The translations under genes were made by a program, and so were the position numbers. Shown piece after piece: positions 18,330 through 27,615 of a stretch of 64,000 nucleotides of DNA. The stretch lies in the NCBI GenBank assembly GCA_934692625.1, contig CAKUUC010000010.1, forward strand, positions 5,337 to 69,336. The letters run 5' to 3'. The notes beneath the pieces were generated by a model. It had not been told where the DNA came from and searched no databases. It saw nothing but the letters and a program-made list of their open reading frames with translations. How positions within the stretch are numbered: the first letter of the stretch is position 1; every line of letters starts with the position of its first letter. The DNA comes from an uncultured Candidatus Melainabacteria bacterium. Its GTDB lineage: Bacteria; Cyanobacteriota; Vampirovibrionia; Gastranaerophilales; Gastranaerophilaceae.

Positions 18330-18571
18330 ACTTAACTCTATCCTTTTCTTCATTGTAACATTTAAAAATTTATAAACAAGCGGTTTAAAATAACGAAAAA
18401 TAACAGGTTTGACTCAATATTAACAGTCATCAACTCCACTAAGTGTAACAGTTGGTAACAAGAATAATATAAATTTATATGTTTCTGCTATACTATTAGT
18501 AGTTAAAGCTGGTTATGGCTTTACCCTAAAGGGAACGGACCTTTTAAACGGCTGAAAGGATAGAGTATTAT

Positions 18572-20212
18572 ATGAAAAAATGGATGACTTTTTTGATGGT
18601 ATTATTATGCGGAATGCAAAGTGCAAGCGCAATGAATGTTGATGCATTTATGGATAAACATATTGCACCGGTATCCGATGTTGTAGCAAATTTAATATTT
18701 TTCCCGATATCGATTTTTGGTTCAAAAGTTCCTTTAATCATTTTTTGGATTTTATTTGCAGGTATATTTTTTACCATATACTACAAAGGAATTTCAATCT
18801 GGGGGTTTAAACACGCCATTGATGTAGTCGCAAAACCTGCCGAAAAATCTGAAGATGGTTGCGGTGAAGTTTCATCATTCCAAGCCTTGGCAACAGCATT
18901 GTCAGGAACTATCGGTATTGGTAGTATTGCCGGTGTTGCAATTTCTATTTCTATCGGAGGTCCGGGAGCTGCTTTTTGGATTTTTGTCGGTGCTATTTTA
19001 GGTATGTCAATCAAGTTTGTTGAAGCAACTTTGGCGGTAAAATATAGAAGATTTAACTTGGATGGCACAGTTTCAGGTGGTCCGATGCACTATATTGCAC
19101 ACGGTTTGACCAGAAAGAATATGCGTTGGTTAGGTCAACCTCTTTCTGTAATTTTCGCAATTCTATGTATTGGTGGCGGTATTACTGGTGGTAATATGAT
19201 TCAAATTAACCAAACGGCACACCAATTGATATTTATTACTGGCGGTGCTCATAGTTTCCTTCACGGTTATGCTTGGGTAATCGGTTTGGTTGTTGCAATT
19301 CTTATCGGATTGGTTGTTGTTGGTGGTATTAAAAGTATAGCTAAAGTTACTACTATTCTTACCCCTACAATGTGCTTGTTATATATTGTTTCAGGACTTA
19401 TCGTAATTGGTGCCAATATTACTCATATTCCGGCAGCAATTGTAGAAATTGTTACAGAAGCTTTCCACCCTACAGCAGTTGCCGGTGGTATCTTTGGTAC
19501 AATTATTATTGGGTTAAGACGTTCTGTTCAGTCAAACGAAGCGGGAACCGGAGCGGCTGCTATTGTTTATGCAACCTCTCAAACTAAAGAACCGGTATCA
19601 CAAGGTTTTGTTGCATTGCTAGAAACATTCTTGACTGGAGTTCTTTGTTTGTTCACATCTTTCGCTATCGTTATTACGAATGTTTTAAAAACAAGTGCAG
19701 TTGGACATATTTCAGGGATTGAACTTGCTTCTAATGCGTTCCAATCTGTTATATCATTCTTCCCGATTATCTTGTCTGTAATTGCTGTTTTGTTTGCAGT
19801 TTCAACTTTGATTTCTTGGGCATATTATGGTCAGAAAGCGTGGACATTCCTTCTTGGAGAAGGCAAAAAACGTGTTCTTACATTTAACCTTATTTATTGC
19901 TTGTTTATTGTAATTGGTTCTGCGATGAACGTTAAATCAATTATTGATATTACTGATGCAATGATGATTGCAATGTGCGTACCAAATATTATTGCACTTT
20001 ATATTTTAGCTCCGGAAATTAAAAAAGATTTGAAAAACTATTGCCAAAGATATAATGTTGGAAGATTAATTAATAGAGGCTGGATTAAAGAAGCTGAAAA
20101 TACAGTAAGTCCGGTTAAAGAAGTTATAATTTCTGAAGAAGCAATAAAAGAAGGAATTATAAAAGACGAAGAAAAAAGCATAGGAGAAGAAGACACATGG
20201 CAGACCAAATAA
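18572..20212 (+). CDS. Sodium:alanine (amino acid) symporter family protein (AGCS)
   Basis: 546 aa polytopic protein. GGPGAAFWIF and QSNEAGTGAAAI motifs are typical of AGCS. Confidence 0.9.
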   Translation: MKKWMTFLMVLLCGMQSASAMNVDAFMDKHIAPVSDVVANLIFFPISIFGSKVPLIIFWILFAGIFFTIYYKGISIWGFKHAIDVVAKPAEKSEDGCGEVSSFQALATALSGTIGIGSIAGVAISISIGGPGAAFWIFVGAILGMSIKFVEATLAVKYRRFNLDGTVSGGPMHYIAHGLTRKNMRWLGQPLSVIFAILCIGGGITGGNMIQINQTAHQLIFITGGAHSFLHGYAWVIGLVVAILIGLVVVGGIKSIAKVTTILTPTMCLLYIVSGLIVIGANITHIPAAIVEIVTEAFHPTAVAGGIFGTIIIGLRRSVQSNEAGTGAAAIVYATSQTKEPVSQGFVALLETFLTGVLCLFTSFAIVITNVLKTSAVGHISGIELASNAFQSVISFFPIILSVIAVLFAVSTLISWAYYGQKAWTFLLGEGKKRVLTFNLIYCLFIVIGSAMNVKSIIDITDAMMIAMCVPNIIALYILAPEIKKDLKNYCQRYNVGRLINRGWIKEAENTVSPVKEVIISEEAIKEGIIKDEEKSIGEEDTWQTK

Positions 20213-20472
20213 TAGTAACCGTTTCAGGAGTCGACAAAGTAGGTATTGTAGCCAAAGTGACAACGGTGTTGGCTGAATATGAAGTTAATATCGAAGATAT
20301 TAAACAAACTCTGATGCAAGGTCATTTTGTAATGTTCATGCTTTGTGATATAGAAAAATCAAAATATTCTTTTAAAGAAATCAAAGAAGCATTGACAGAA
20401 AGTGGAAAAGATTTTGGCATGGAAATTTGGGTTCAAAAAAAAGAAATTATTGATAATATGCACAAAATTTAG
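20197..20472 (+). CDS. ACT domain protein (UPF0237-like)
   Basis: 91 aa. IIVTVSGVDKVGIVAKVTTVLAEYEVNIEDI is a canonical ACT fold start. Overlaps the symporter stop by 16 nt. Confidence 0.8.
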   Translation: MADQIIVTVSGVDKVGIVAKVTTVLAEYEVNIEDIKQTLMQGHFVMFMLCDIEKSKYSFKEIKEALTESGKDFGMEIWVQKKEIIDNMHKI

Positions 20473-20497
20473 ATATTAGAAAAATGAATTTTGAAAG

Positions 20498-20534
20498 AAA
20501 AAGATATCGTGGCGATGTTGCGATATCTTTTTTT
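20498..20534 (+). terminator. Rho-independent terminator
   Basis: AAAAAGATATCG / CGATATCTTTTT stem followed by a T-run. Confidence 0.7.
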
Positions 20535-20907
20535 ATTAGCCGGTTGGATAGATATAATATAGCCGAAGTGTATAATATAATTATGATTATATTTTGTATT
20601 TAATGTATTTATAAATTGAAAATCTTTTTCATACTTCCAGCTATTCTTAAAATTATTGAGCCATAAATTACTTATCGGCTCATTTTTTTTATGATATTTT
20701 TCAAAATAATTAATAAAAAGAGGTACAAACTGGTAGTTGCAAAAGTATTTGAAAGATATTTTTAGGAAGAAATAAGAGAAAATTTTGTGTAAATTTTATG
20801 GAATTTTTCAAAGGAATAGGTAATAATTTTTGAATAGTTGAGTTAGGAATTTATAAAATATTAGTGTAAAGAAATGGATTTTGTGATATATTAAAGATGT
20901 TAAATAT

Positions 20908-20982
20908 GCGGGCATAGTTCAGTGGTAGAATGTCTCCTTCCCAAGGAGAAGATCGCGAGTTCGAGTCTCGTTGCCCGCTCCA
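20908..20982 (+). tRNA. tRNA-Gly (anticodon CCC)
   Basis: Cloverleaf read by hand. Acceptor GCGGGCA/TGCCCGC, D arm GTTC-AGTGGTA-GAAT, anticodon stem TCTCC/GGAGA with loop TTCCCAA, T arm GCGAG-TTCGAGT-CTCGT, discriminator T, encoded CCA. Confidence 0.9.
20938..20979 (+). repeat. attL core (direct repeat of 37149-37190)
   Basis: 42/42 nt identity with 37149-37190. Extends to 47 nt with one mismatch from 20933/37144. Confidence 0.85.
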
Positions 20983-20987
20983 TTAAA

Positions 20988-21013
20988 AAAGAGCCGTTTA
21001 GGCTCTTTATTTG
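20988..21013 (+). terminator. Island-borne terminator hairpin after the tRNA
   Basis: AAAGAGCC-GTTTA-GGCTCTTT followed by ATTTG. Confidence 0.6.
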
Positions 21014-21101
21014 TGTATTGCGGGATATTGAGTATTTTTATAGTTCTTTGGTTATATCAGTAATTTTTCTAAATTGTGCCATTTTGTGCCATGAATTTTC
21101 A

Positions 21102-21914
21102 TCATAGTTGGTACAAATTATTGAGTACCTCTCCTACTTTTTTATACGAAGTTTGTAATGAATGTGTATAAACATCTAAAGTTATAACAGATGAAGAATG
21201 CCCCATAAGTTTTTGTACCGTTTTGGGGTCAACACCATTGGTGACAAGAGAAGTTGAAAAAGTATGTCTTAAATCTTTGAATGTAAAATGACCAATTCCA
21301 CATGCATTTCTAACAGGGAGAAATAAACGATTAAATACATTATCTCCTAAGTACATTTCACCTTTACTATTTGGAAATACATATTTGCAACTACCAGTTT
21401 TTATTCTCTGTTCATTCAAAATCTTTTTTAAACGAGATGGTATAATAAATTTTCTATTAGAAGATTTTGTTTTAGGTGAGCATAAATTTTCTTTATATGC
21501 ACTATATTTTACGTTTATACAATTATTATCAAAATCTACATTTTCCCACATAAGAGCAACTAATTCCCCTCTGCGCATTCCTGTATAAACCGCAGTTGCA
21601 AGCATTGGGTAAAAATTAGGTTTAACTCTTTTGCATGTTTCAAATAGTTTTACTACTTCTTGTGGTGTTAATGCTCTTGCTTCTCTTGATACTACACTTT
21701 CGCAATGAACCTGTTTTACAACATTTTTAAAAATAGCTTCATTTTCAACTTGACGTTCAATTATAGAACCTAGCAAAATTTTATATTTTACCACACTGGC
21801 AGAACTCAAAAGTCTATCATTTTTGAGGTATAAAATAAAATCTTCTACATCTTTTTTACTTATTAAGTATAATTTTGCATTACCAAAGAATGGTAGACCA
21901 CTTAGATTAAACAT
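21102..21914 (-). CDS. int: Tyrosine site-specific recombinase (short, 270 aa)
   Basis: Catalytic signature GMRRGEL (R), KDLRHT (H/K-x-x-R), GHSS and VYTH (Y). The ORF is closed by an in-frame TAG 11 codons upstream, so no N-terminal arm-binding domain is present. Confidence 0.85.
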   Translation of the reverse strand: MFNLSGLPFFGNAKLYLISKKDVEDFILYLKNDRLLSSASVVKYKILLGSIIERQVENEAIFKNVVKQVHCESVVSREARALTPQEVVKLFETCKRVKPNFYPMLATAVYTGMRRGELVALMWENVDFDNNCINVKYSAYKENLCSPKTKSSNRKFIIPSRLKKILNEQRIKTGSCKYVFPNSKGEMYLGDNVFNRLFLPVRNACGIGHFTFKDLRHTFSTSLVTNGVDPKTVQKLMGHSSSVITLDVYTHSLQTSYKKVGEVLNNLYQL

Positions 21915-22097
21915 TGTAAAATTCGGTTGTATCCCTTTTATAATCTATATTTCAAATATTATTACAAATTTGTAACATTATGTGTTGTGATAAGGAGACT
22001 TGACAAAAACATGCCTGTAAACCACCTTATTTAGTGAAATATTATAAAATAATTAAGATTGAACGTTGAGTTATACCACTAATAATATAATTAATAT

Positions 22098-23087
22098 ATG
22101 AATAATAATTTAAAACACCTAATTAAAACATTCAAAGACGAGTTTGGAATTAAACTTGAAGATACAAACATTGATAATATCTTGGGTTTGAAAGAATTAC
22201 ATTTACAACCTTATATCTGGCGACCTTATTTAGAAAAGGAAGAACAATTTTTACAAACTCAGTTAAAAGCCTACTTATACAATGAACAACGTGCTAAGTA
22301 TAACAACCCTATAACAGAATGTGTATTTCAGGAGTATAAGAATAGATATATCCTTGTTTCATATTTGAGTGATTTTAGCAAAGTGAATAAACTATCCGAT
22401 TATACTGATATTATTATAACATTTTATGATGCTTATGAACCAAAGTGTAAAACAATTAGACGTACACTTTCAAAATGTGGTAAAAAGCCTAAACGTTATA
22501 CACGGTTTAGATTAAAACCTGATTCTATACCTGAAATATTTAGCCAAAAGTTCAATGAAATTGGACTATACTTAAACAGAACGAATGATTCACAACAGAT
22601 TTATACCCAAAGATTTTTACCAATGGTATATCTTATAAATAATAACCCTAAATTAACACCTAATATACAAGGACATCATACAAATTATGATACAAGTGTA
22701 GAAATTGGGTCTAAAACCTCTATTTTACCAATTCGTGAAGATTTGCATACAAAAGAGTTCCTCCCATCTAATATAATTGGTAGTGCAGGGTCTAATTTCA
22801 ATATTGCGAAAGGTATAATGTATTCTGATATGTTACAACTGAAGTATTTCAAGGTTAAACCAAAGAAGTATGACCACAAGGTACACGAGAATATTTTTGA
22901 TATTTTAGACCTCTATTTTATACAAAAACTTAGTATATCTGAGATTAAACGATATTTAGAACAGCATAAATCTAATTCTAAACTTGTGTATAACACCATT
23001 AAAAACATTGTAGAACACTTTAAACAATATACACCAGTTTTGACCAAAGAGAATATACAAAAGATAAAAAATAAGCAATTATCTTGA
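22098..23087 (+). CDS. Hypothetical island protein with C-terminal helix-turn-helix-like segment
   Basis: 329 aa. The C-terminal FDILDLYFIQKLSISEIKRYLEQ looks like a sigma-region-4/LuxR-type HTH. The rest is unrecognised. Confidence 0.5.
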   Translation: MNNNLKHLIKTFKDEFGIKLEDTNIDNILGLKELHLQPYIWRPYLEKEEQFLQTQLKAYLYNEQRAKYNNPITECVFQEYKNRYILVSYLSDFSKVNKLSDYTDIIITFYDAYEPKCKTIRRTLSKCGKKPKRYTRFRLKPDSIPEIFSQKFNEIGLYLNRTNDSQQIYTQRFLPMVYLINNNPKLTPNIQGHHTNYDTSVEIGSKTSILPIREDLHTKEFLPSNIIGSAGSNFNIAKGIMYSDMLQLKYFKVKPKKYDHKVHENIFDILDLYFIQKLSISEIKRYLEQHKSNSKLVYNTIKNIVEHFKQYTPVLTKENIQKIKNKQLS

Positions 23088-23230
23088 AAAATGGGGGCAG
23101 AAAACTAAGTATAAATCAGAGTTTGAAATAAGCCTAAAACTCTTTCTACACTTGCAATATACAGGCATGATTTTGGTGCAAAATTTGGTAAACTCGGAGA
23201 GGTAAAATTGTGATATGTAGCAAGGGGTAA

Positions 23231-23551
23231 TTATAAGTTTTTACCAATCAAATATAATATTTTTAATTTATCTTCTGGAAGCCTTTCTACCAATGTAGCT
23301 ATTTCAGTTTTCAGATTTTCAACATTCTCAATCGGTTCAAAATCAAACAAATCTTTCATTGAACAGTTAAACACTTTTATCATATTTGTAAGAGTTTCTG
23401 GATTTGGGAAACTACTACCCAATTCAATGAGTGAAACTTGACGTTGCGTTCGCTCAATCTTTTCACCTAGCTCTTCTTGGGTTAAACCTATTTGATTTCT
23501 ATAATGCTTTATTTTCAACCCTAAAAGGGTTTTCAATTCTATATCGTTCAT
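23231..23551 (-). CDS. XRE-family HTH transcriptional regulator
   Basis: LKIKHYRNQIGLTQEELGEKIERTQRQVSLIELG. The start is moved to the ATG at 23551, preceded by GAGG. Divergent from the defence operon. Confidence 0.8.
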   Translation of the reverse strand: MNDIELKTLLGLKIKHYRNQIGLTQEELGEKIERTQRQVSLIELGSSFPNPETLTNMIKVFNCSMKDLFDFEPIENVENLKTEIATLVERLPEDKLKILYLIGKNL

Positions 23552-23630
23552 TAAAACCTCAATTAAATTATACGTGTTTGCACATCTTAATTGAACGTAA
23601 CTATATCTTGTAAAATTTAACGTTTTATTA

Positions 23631-23687
23631 TATAACATGTTGTAAAATATGATATTATACAGCTTATTTACAACATAAGATGTTATA
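23631..23687. promoter_or_regulatory. Inverted repeat in the divergent XRE/SNF2 control region (candidate operator)
   Basis: TATAACATGTTGTAAA (23631-23646) versus TTTACAACAT-AAGAT-GTTATA (23667-23687). Confidence 0.35.
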
Positions 23688-23706
23688 TTTAAGAGGTAAA
23701 TAATAA

Positions 23707-26700
23707 TTGGAAGTAATAGACAATATAAATAATATTTTAAAAGATGATTTGGCTACTACCATAAAGCCCAATAGTAAAGTGTCTATCGCTTCAGCATGTT
23801 TTTCAATCTATGCCTATAAAGAATTAAAAAAGCAACTTGAAAGCATTGATGAACTACGTTTTATCTTTACATCTCCAGCATTTGTAAAAGAACGAACCCC
23901 TAAAACACAAAGAGAGTTCTACATTCCTAGATTATCAAGAGAAAAAAGTTTATACGGTACAGAATATGAAATAAAACTCCGCAACGAATTAACTCAACGT
24001 TCTATCGCCAAAGAATGTGCAGAATGGATTAAAAGAAAAGTAAAATTCAAGTCTAATATAACAAATGAACAAATGTCTGGTTTTATAAATGTAGAAAGTG
24101 ATGATACTTATACATATTTGCCTGTTAATGGATTTACAACAACTGATATTGGTTGTGAAAAAGGAAACACTCTAACCAATATTGTTACAAGATTTGAAAC
24201 CCCACAAAGTCAAACTTTTTTAAAAACATTTGACACTATTTGGAATGACAAAACAAAACTACAAGATGTTACAGAACAAATCATTGAAAGTATTTCCACC
24301 GTCTATAAAGAAAATTCTGGAGAATTTATATATTTCATAACCTTATACAACATTTTTAATGAATTTTTGCAAGATATTTCAGAAGACAATTTGCCAAATG
24401 ATGCAACTGGATATAAAAACAGTGTAATTTGGAATAAGTTATTTGATTTTCAGAAAGATGCTTGCCTCGCAATTATCAATAAATTAGAAACATATAATGG
24501 TTGTATATTAGCTGATAGCGTGGGCTTAGGTAAAACTTTTACAGCACTATCTGTTATTAAATATTACGAAAACAGAAATAAATCAGTATTAGTTTTATGC
24601 CCTAAAAAGTTAAGCAATAACTGGGTTATGTATAAAAGCAATTACTTAAATAATCCCCTTGCAAATGACAGGCTTAGATACGATGTACTTTATCATACAG
24701 ATTTGTCAAGAGAAAAAGGATTTTCTAACGGTTTAGACTTGTCTTTAATCAACTGGGGAAATTATGACCTTATTGTAATTGATGAATCTCACAATTTCCG
24801 TAACGGCGGAGATATAAAAGATGACAAAGAAAACAGATACCTTCGTTTAATGAATAGAGTCATAAGAAGTGGAGTTCAAACAAAAGTTCTTATGCTTTCT
24901 GCAACCCCAGTAAACAACCGATTTAATGACTTGAAAAATCAACTACAACTTGCCTATGAAGGCGATACTAGAAAAATAGACTCTAAATTAAATACTAAAA
25001 AACCTATTAATGTAATTTTCAGACAAGCACAACAAGCATTTAATGAATGGTCAAAACTCCCAGCAGATGAAAGGACTACTGAATGTTTATTGAATATGCT
25101 TGATTTTGATTTCTTTGAATTGTTAGACAGTGTAACGATTGCTCGGTCAAGAAAACATATTGAAAAATATTATGATACATCAAGTATTGGTAAATTTCCA
25201 ACTCGTCTACCTGTAATTTCGTTAAGACCACCACTAACAGAAAATACCGAAAGGATAAACTACAACCAAATTTATGAACATATAAGTGCTTTAAATCTAA
25301 AAATTTATATGCCTTCATTATTTATATTTCCAAGTAAAGAAGCGAAATATTATGATGTAGAAGCTAAACAAGCAAATATCAAATCTTCTAAAACTGGTCA
25401 AATTGGTCGTGAAGAAGGTATTCGCCGTTTAATGAGTATAAATTTATTAAAAAGGCTTGAAAGCTCTGTCTACTCATTCAAATTAACTCTTACACGAGTA
25501 CAACAACTTATTACATCTACTCTTCAAAATATTGAAAATTTCAAGACAAATGGCACAAATTCTAATATTGAGGTCGATGATTACATTCACCCAGAAAATG
25601 ATTTTGATGATGACGATTTGAATACAAATTTATTTTCAATTGGTAATAAGCTAAAAATAGACTTTAACGATATGGATTATATATCTTGGGAAAGTCAATT
25701 ACAAGCAGACTTAGAGATTTTAAATGATTTGATATTTGAAATTGAAAAAATATCACCTGAAGAAGATGCCAAACTTCAAAAACTTTTAACGTTGATAATA
25801 AACAAAATAGAACACCCTATAAATCCTGATAATAAAAAAGTCATTGTATTTTCGGCCTTTGCCGATACCGCAGAGTATTTATACAAACATATTAGCAAGT
25901 ATGTAAAAGAAAATTTTGGTATAGAAAGTGCAATGGTTACAGGTTCAAAAGACGGTGTTACAACTTTATCAAAAATCAAAACAGATTTGAATACGGTTCT
26001 AACATATTTTTCACCACGCTCCAAAGATAAAGATTTAATCTATCCAAATGATAATAGACAAATTGATATTTTAATTGCTACGGATTGTATTTCAGAAGGT
26101 CAAAACTTGCAAGACTGTGACTATCTGATAAACTATGATATTCATTGGAATCCTGTAAGAATTATCCAACGTTTTGGGCGTATTGACAGAATTGGCAGTA
26201 AAAACGATGTAATACAACTGGTTAATTTTTGGCCAGATTTAACGCTTGATGAATATATCAACTTAAAAGCTCGTGTTGAAACAAGAATGAAAGTTACAGT
26301 TATGACTTCAACTGGAACAGGTGCAGACAATGTTCTTGATGAAAGCGAAAAAGAAGACTTGGAATACAGAAAAAGACAGCTCCAAAAACTACAATCAGAA
26401 GTTGTTGATATTGAAGATATGAACTCAGGCATTAATATTATGGACTTGGGACTAAACGAATTTAGGTTAGATTTGTTGTCTTATATGAAAGATAACCCTG
26501 ATGTTGAAAATTCTCCGTCTGGTTTACACGCAATAGTAAAAGGTGATAAAGAGTTAAAATCTGGTGTCATTTATATCCTTAAAAATGTATCAAACACCAT
26601 AAATATAGATAATCAAAACAGATTACACCCATTTTATATGGTTTATATCGCAGATGATGGAGAAGTTATTTGTAATTACTTACAACCTAAAAGCCTACTT

Positions 26701-26961
26701 GATTTGATGCGCAAACTTGGCAAACAAAATCCAGAGCCAAATAGTGAATTATGCAAAATATTTAATCAAGAAACACAAGATGGCAAAAATATGGGTAAAT
26801 ATTCAAAACTTTTGGAAGAAACAATTTGCTCAATTATTGACGTAAAAGATGAAAGTGATTTTGAAAGTTTGTTTTCTACTGGCGAAAGTTCTTATATGAA
26901 AAACACTATTTCTGGACTTGATGACTTTGAACTCATTTGTTTTTTGGTAGTAAAGGAGTAA
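23707..26961 (+). CDS. SNF2-family helicase with extra N-terminal (PLD-like/unknown) region
   Basis: 1084 aa, TTG start after AAGAGG. Motif I ADSVGLGKT, motif II VIDESHNFRN, SATPVNN, and helicase-C motifs DCISEGQNLQ and HWNPVRIIQRFGRIDRIGS. Confidence 0.9.
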   Translation: MEVIDNINNILKDDLATTIKPNSKVSIASACFSIYAYKELKKQLESIDELRFIFTSPAFVKERTPKTQREFYIPRLSREKSLYGTEYEIKLRNELTQRSIAKECAEWIKRKVKFKSNITNEQMSGFINVESDDTYTYLPVNGFTTTDIGCEKGNTLTNIVTRFETPQSQTFLKTFDTIWNDKTKLQDVTEQIIESISTVYKENSGEFIYFITLYNIFNEFLQDISEDNLPNDATGYKNSVIWNKLFDFQKDACLAIINKLETYNGCILADSVGLGKTFTALSVIKYYENRNKSVLVLCPKKLSNNWVMYKSNYLNNPLANDRLRYDVLYHTDLSREKGFSNGLDLSLINWGNYDLIVIDESHNFRNGGDIKDDKENRYLRLMNRVIRSGVQTKVLMLSATPVNNRFNDLKNQLQLAYEGDTRKIDSKLNTKKPINVIFRQAQQAFNEWSKLPADERTTECLLNMLDFDFFELLDSVTIARSRKHIEKYYDTSSIGKFPTRLPVISLRPPLTENTERINYNQIYEHISALNLKIYMPSLFIFPSKEAKYYDVEAKQANIKSSKTGQIGREEGIRRLMSINLLKRLESSVYSFKLTLTRVQQLITSTLQNIENFKTNGTNSNIEVDDYIHPENDFDDDDLNTNLFSIGNKLKIDFNDMDYISWESQLQADLEILNDLIFEIEKISPEEDAKLQKLLTLIINKIEHPINPDNKKVIVFSAFADTAEYLYKHISKYVKENFGIESAMVTGSKDGVTTLSKIKTDLNTVLTYFSPRSKDKDLIYPNDNRQIDILIATDCISEGQNLQDCDYLINYDIHWNPVRIIQRFGRIDRIGSKNDVIQLVNFWPDLTLDEYINLKARVETRMKVTVMTSTGTGADNVLDESEKEDLEYRKRQLQKLQSEVVDIEDMNSGINIMDLGLNEFRLDLLSYMKDNPDVENSPSGLHAIVKGDKELKSGVIYILKNVSNTINIDNQNRLHPFYMVYIADDGEVICNYLQPKSLLDLMRKLGKQNPEPNSELCKIFNQETQDGKNMGKYSKLLEETICSIIDVKDESDFESLFSTGESSYMKNTISGLDDFELICFLVVKE

Positions 26962-26964
26962 AAA

Positions 26965-27615
26965 TTGCTATTTAGTGAAAAGACACAATTAAATAGAATT
27001 ATGCCAAAGGCAAAGTTTATGAAACTTGCAGAACTATCAACACCTGTAAGAGCGGAATTTCAAAACAATGTTGAAAGACTGATTTTGGCAAATATTTTAC
27101 GACAAGAAACTACTAATATCTCAAAAGGTAAAAATGTTCAGGAGATAGATGTTTTTGAATTTTTGCTTAAAGAAAAACATGTGTCTAACAATTTGATAAA
27201 AGAAATTGATGTTGCAATACCTAAATATATTCTTTTCGTTTTCAAGTGTAATAATGCCATTCAACTTGCAATTTCTTATAAAGAGCCTTCTATAAATGAC
27301 AATAAATATAAGGTTATAAAGACCTATAAAACAGAATGGCAAAAACAAGAGGATATAAAGCTTGAAATTACAGGGCTTGACTTAGATGCAGTATATAACA
27401 GTTTTATAACCCAAATAGCAAATGGACAAGTAGAAACAGATGAAACAACAGATATAAAAAGTGCGGTCGAAAAATCTATCAATGTAGAAAAACTTCAAAA
27501 GAAAATTGAAACACTAAAATCCAAAATCCGCAAAGAACCACAATTCAATAAACAACTGATAATGAAAAAAGAATTGAAAGAACTTCAAAAAACATTGGAG
27601 GAAGTACATGGTTAA
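26965..27615 (+). CDS. DUF4391-like protein
   Basis: 216 aa, TTG start after AAGGAG. The pattern IMPKAKF...ILANILRQETTNI...VQEIDVFEFLLKEK...IPKYILFVF matches my memory of DUF4391, which typically follows SNF2 helicases. Confidence 0.65.
   Translation: MLFSEKTQLNRIMPKAKFMKLAELSTPVRAEFQNNVERLILANILRQETTNISKGKNVQEIDVFEFLLKEKHVSNNLIKEIDVAIPKYILFVFKCNNAIQLAISYKEPSINDNKYKVIKTYKTEWQKQEDIKLEITGLDLDAVYNSFITQIANGQVETDETTDIKSAVEKSINVEKLQKKIETLKSKIRKEPQFNKQLIMKKELKELQKTLEEVHG

Noticed and set aside
18354-18571. Glycine (or other amino-acid) riboswitch upstream of the sodium:alanine symporter
   Set aside because: Such symporters often carry glycine riboswitches. This 218-nt leader lacks the GGAGAG / CACCGAAGG-type cores, and I could not draw the tandem aptamer.
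20484-20612. 42-aa ORF downstream of the ACT gene
   Set aside because: It spans the terminator hairpin and has no RBS, so it is probably a chance ORF in AT-rich spacer.
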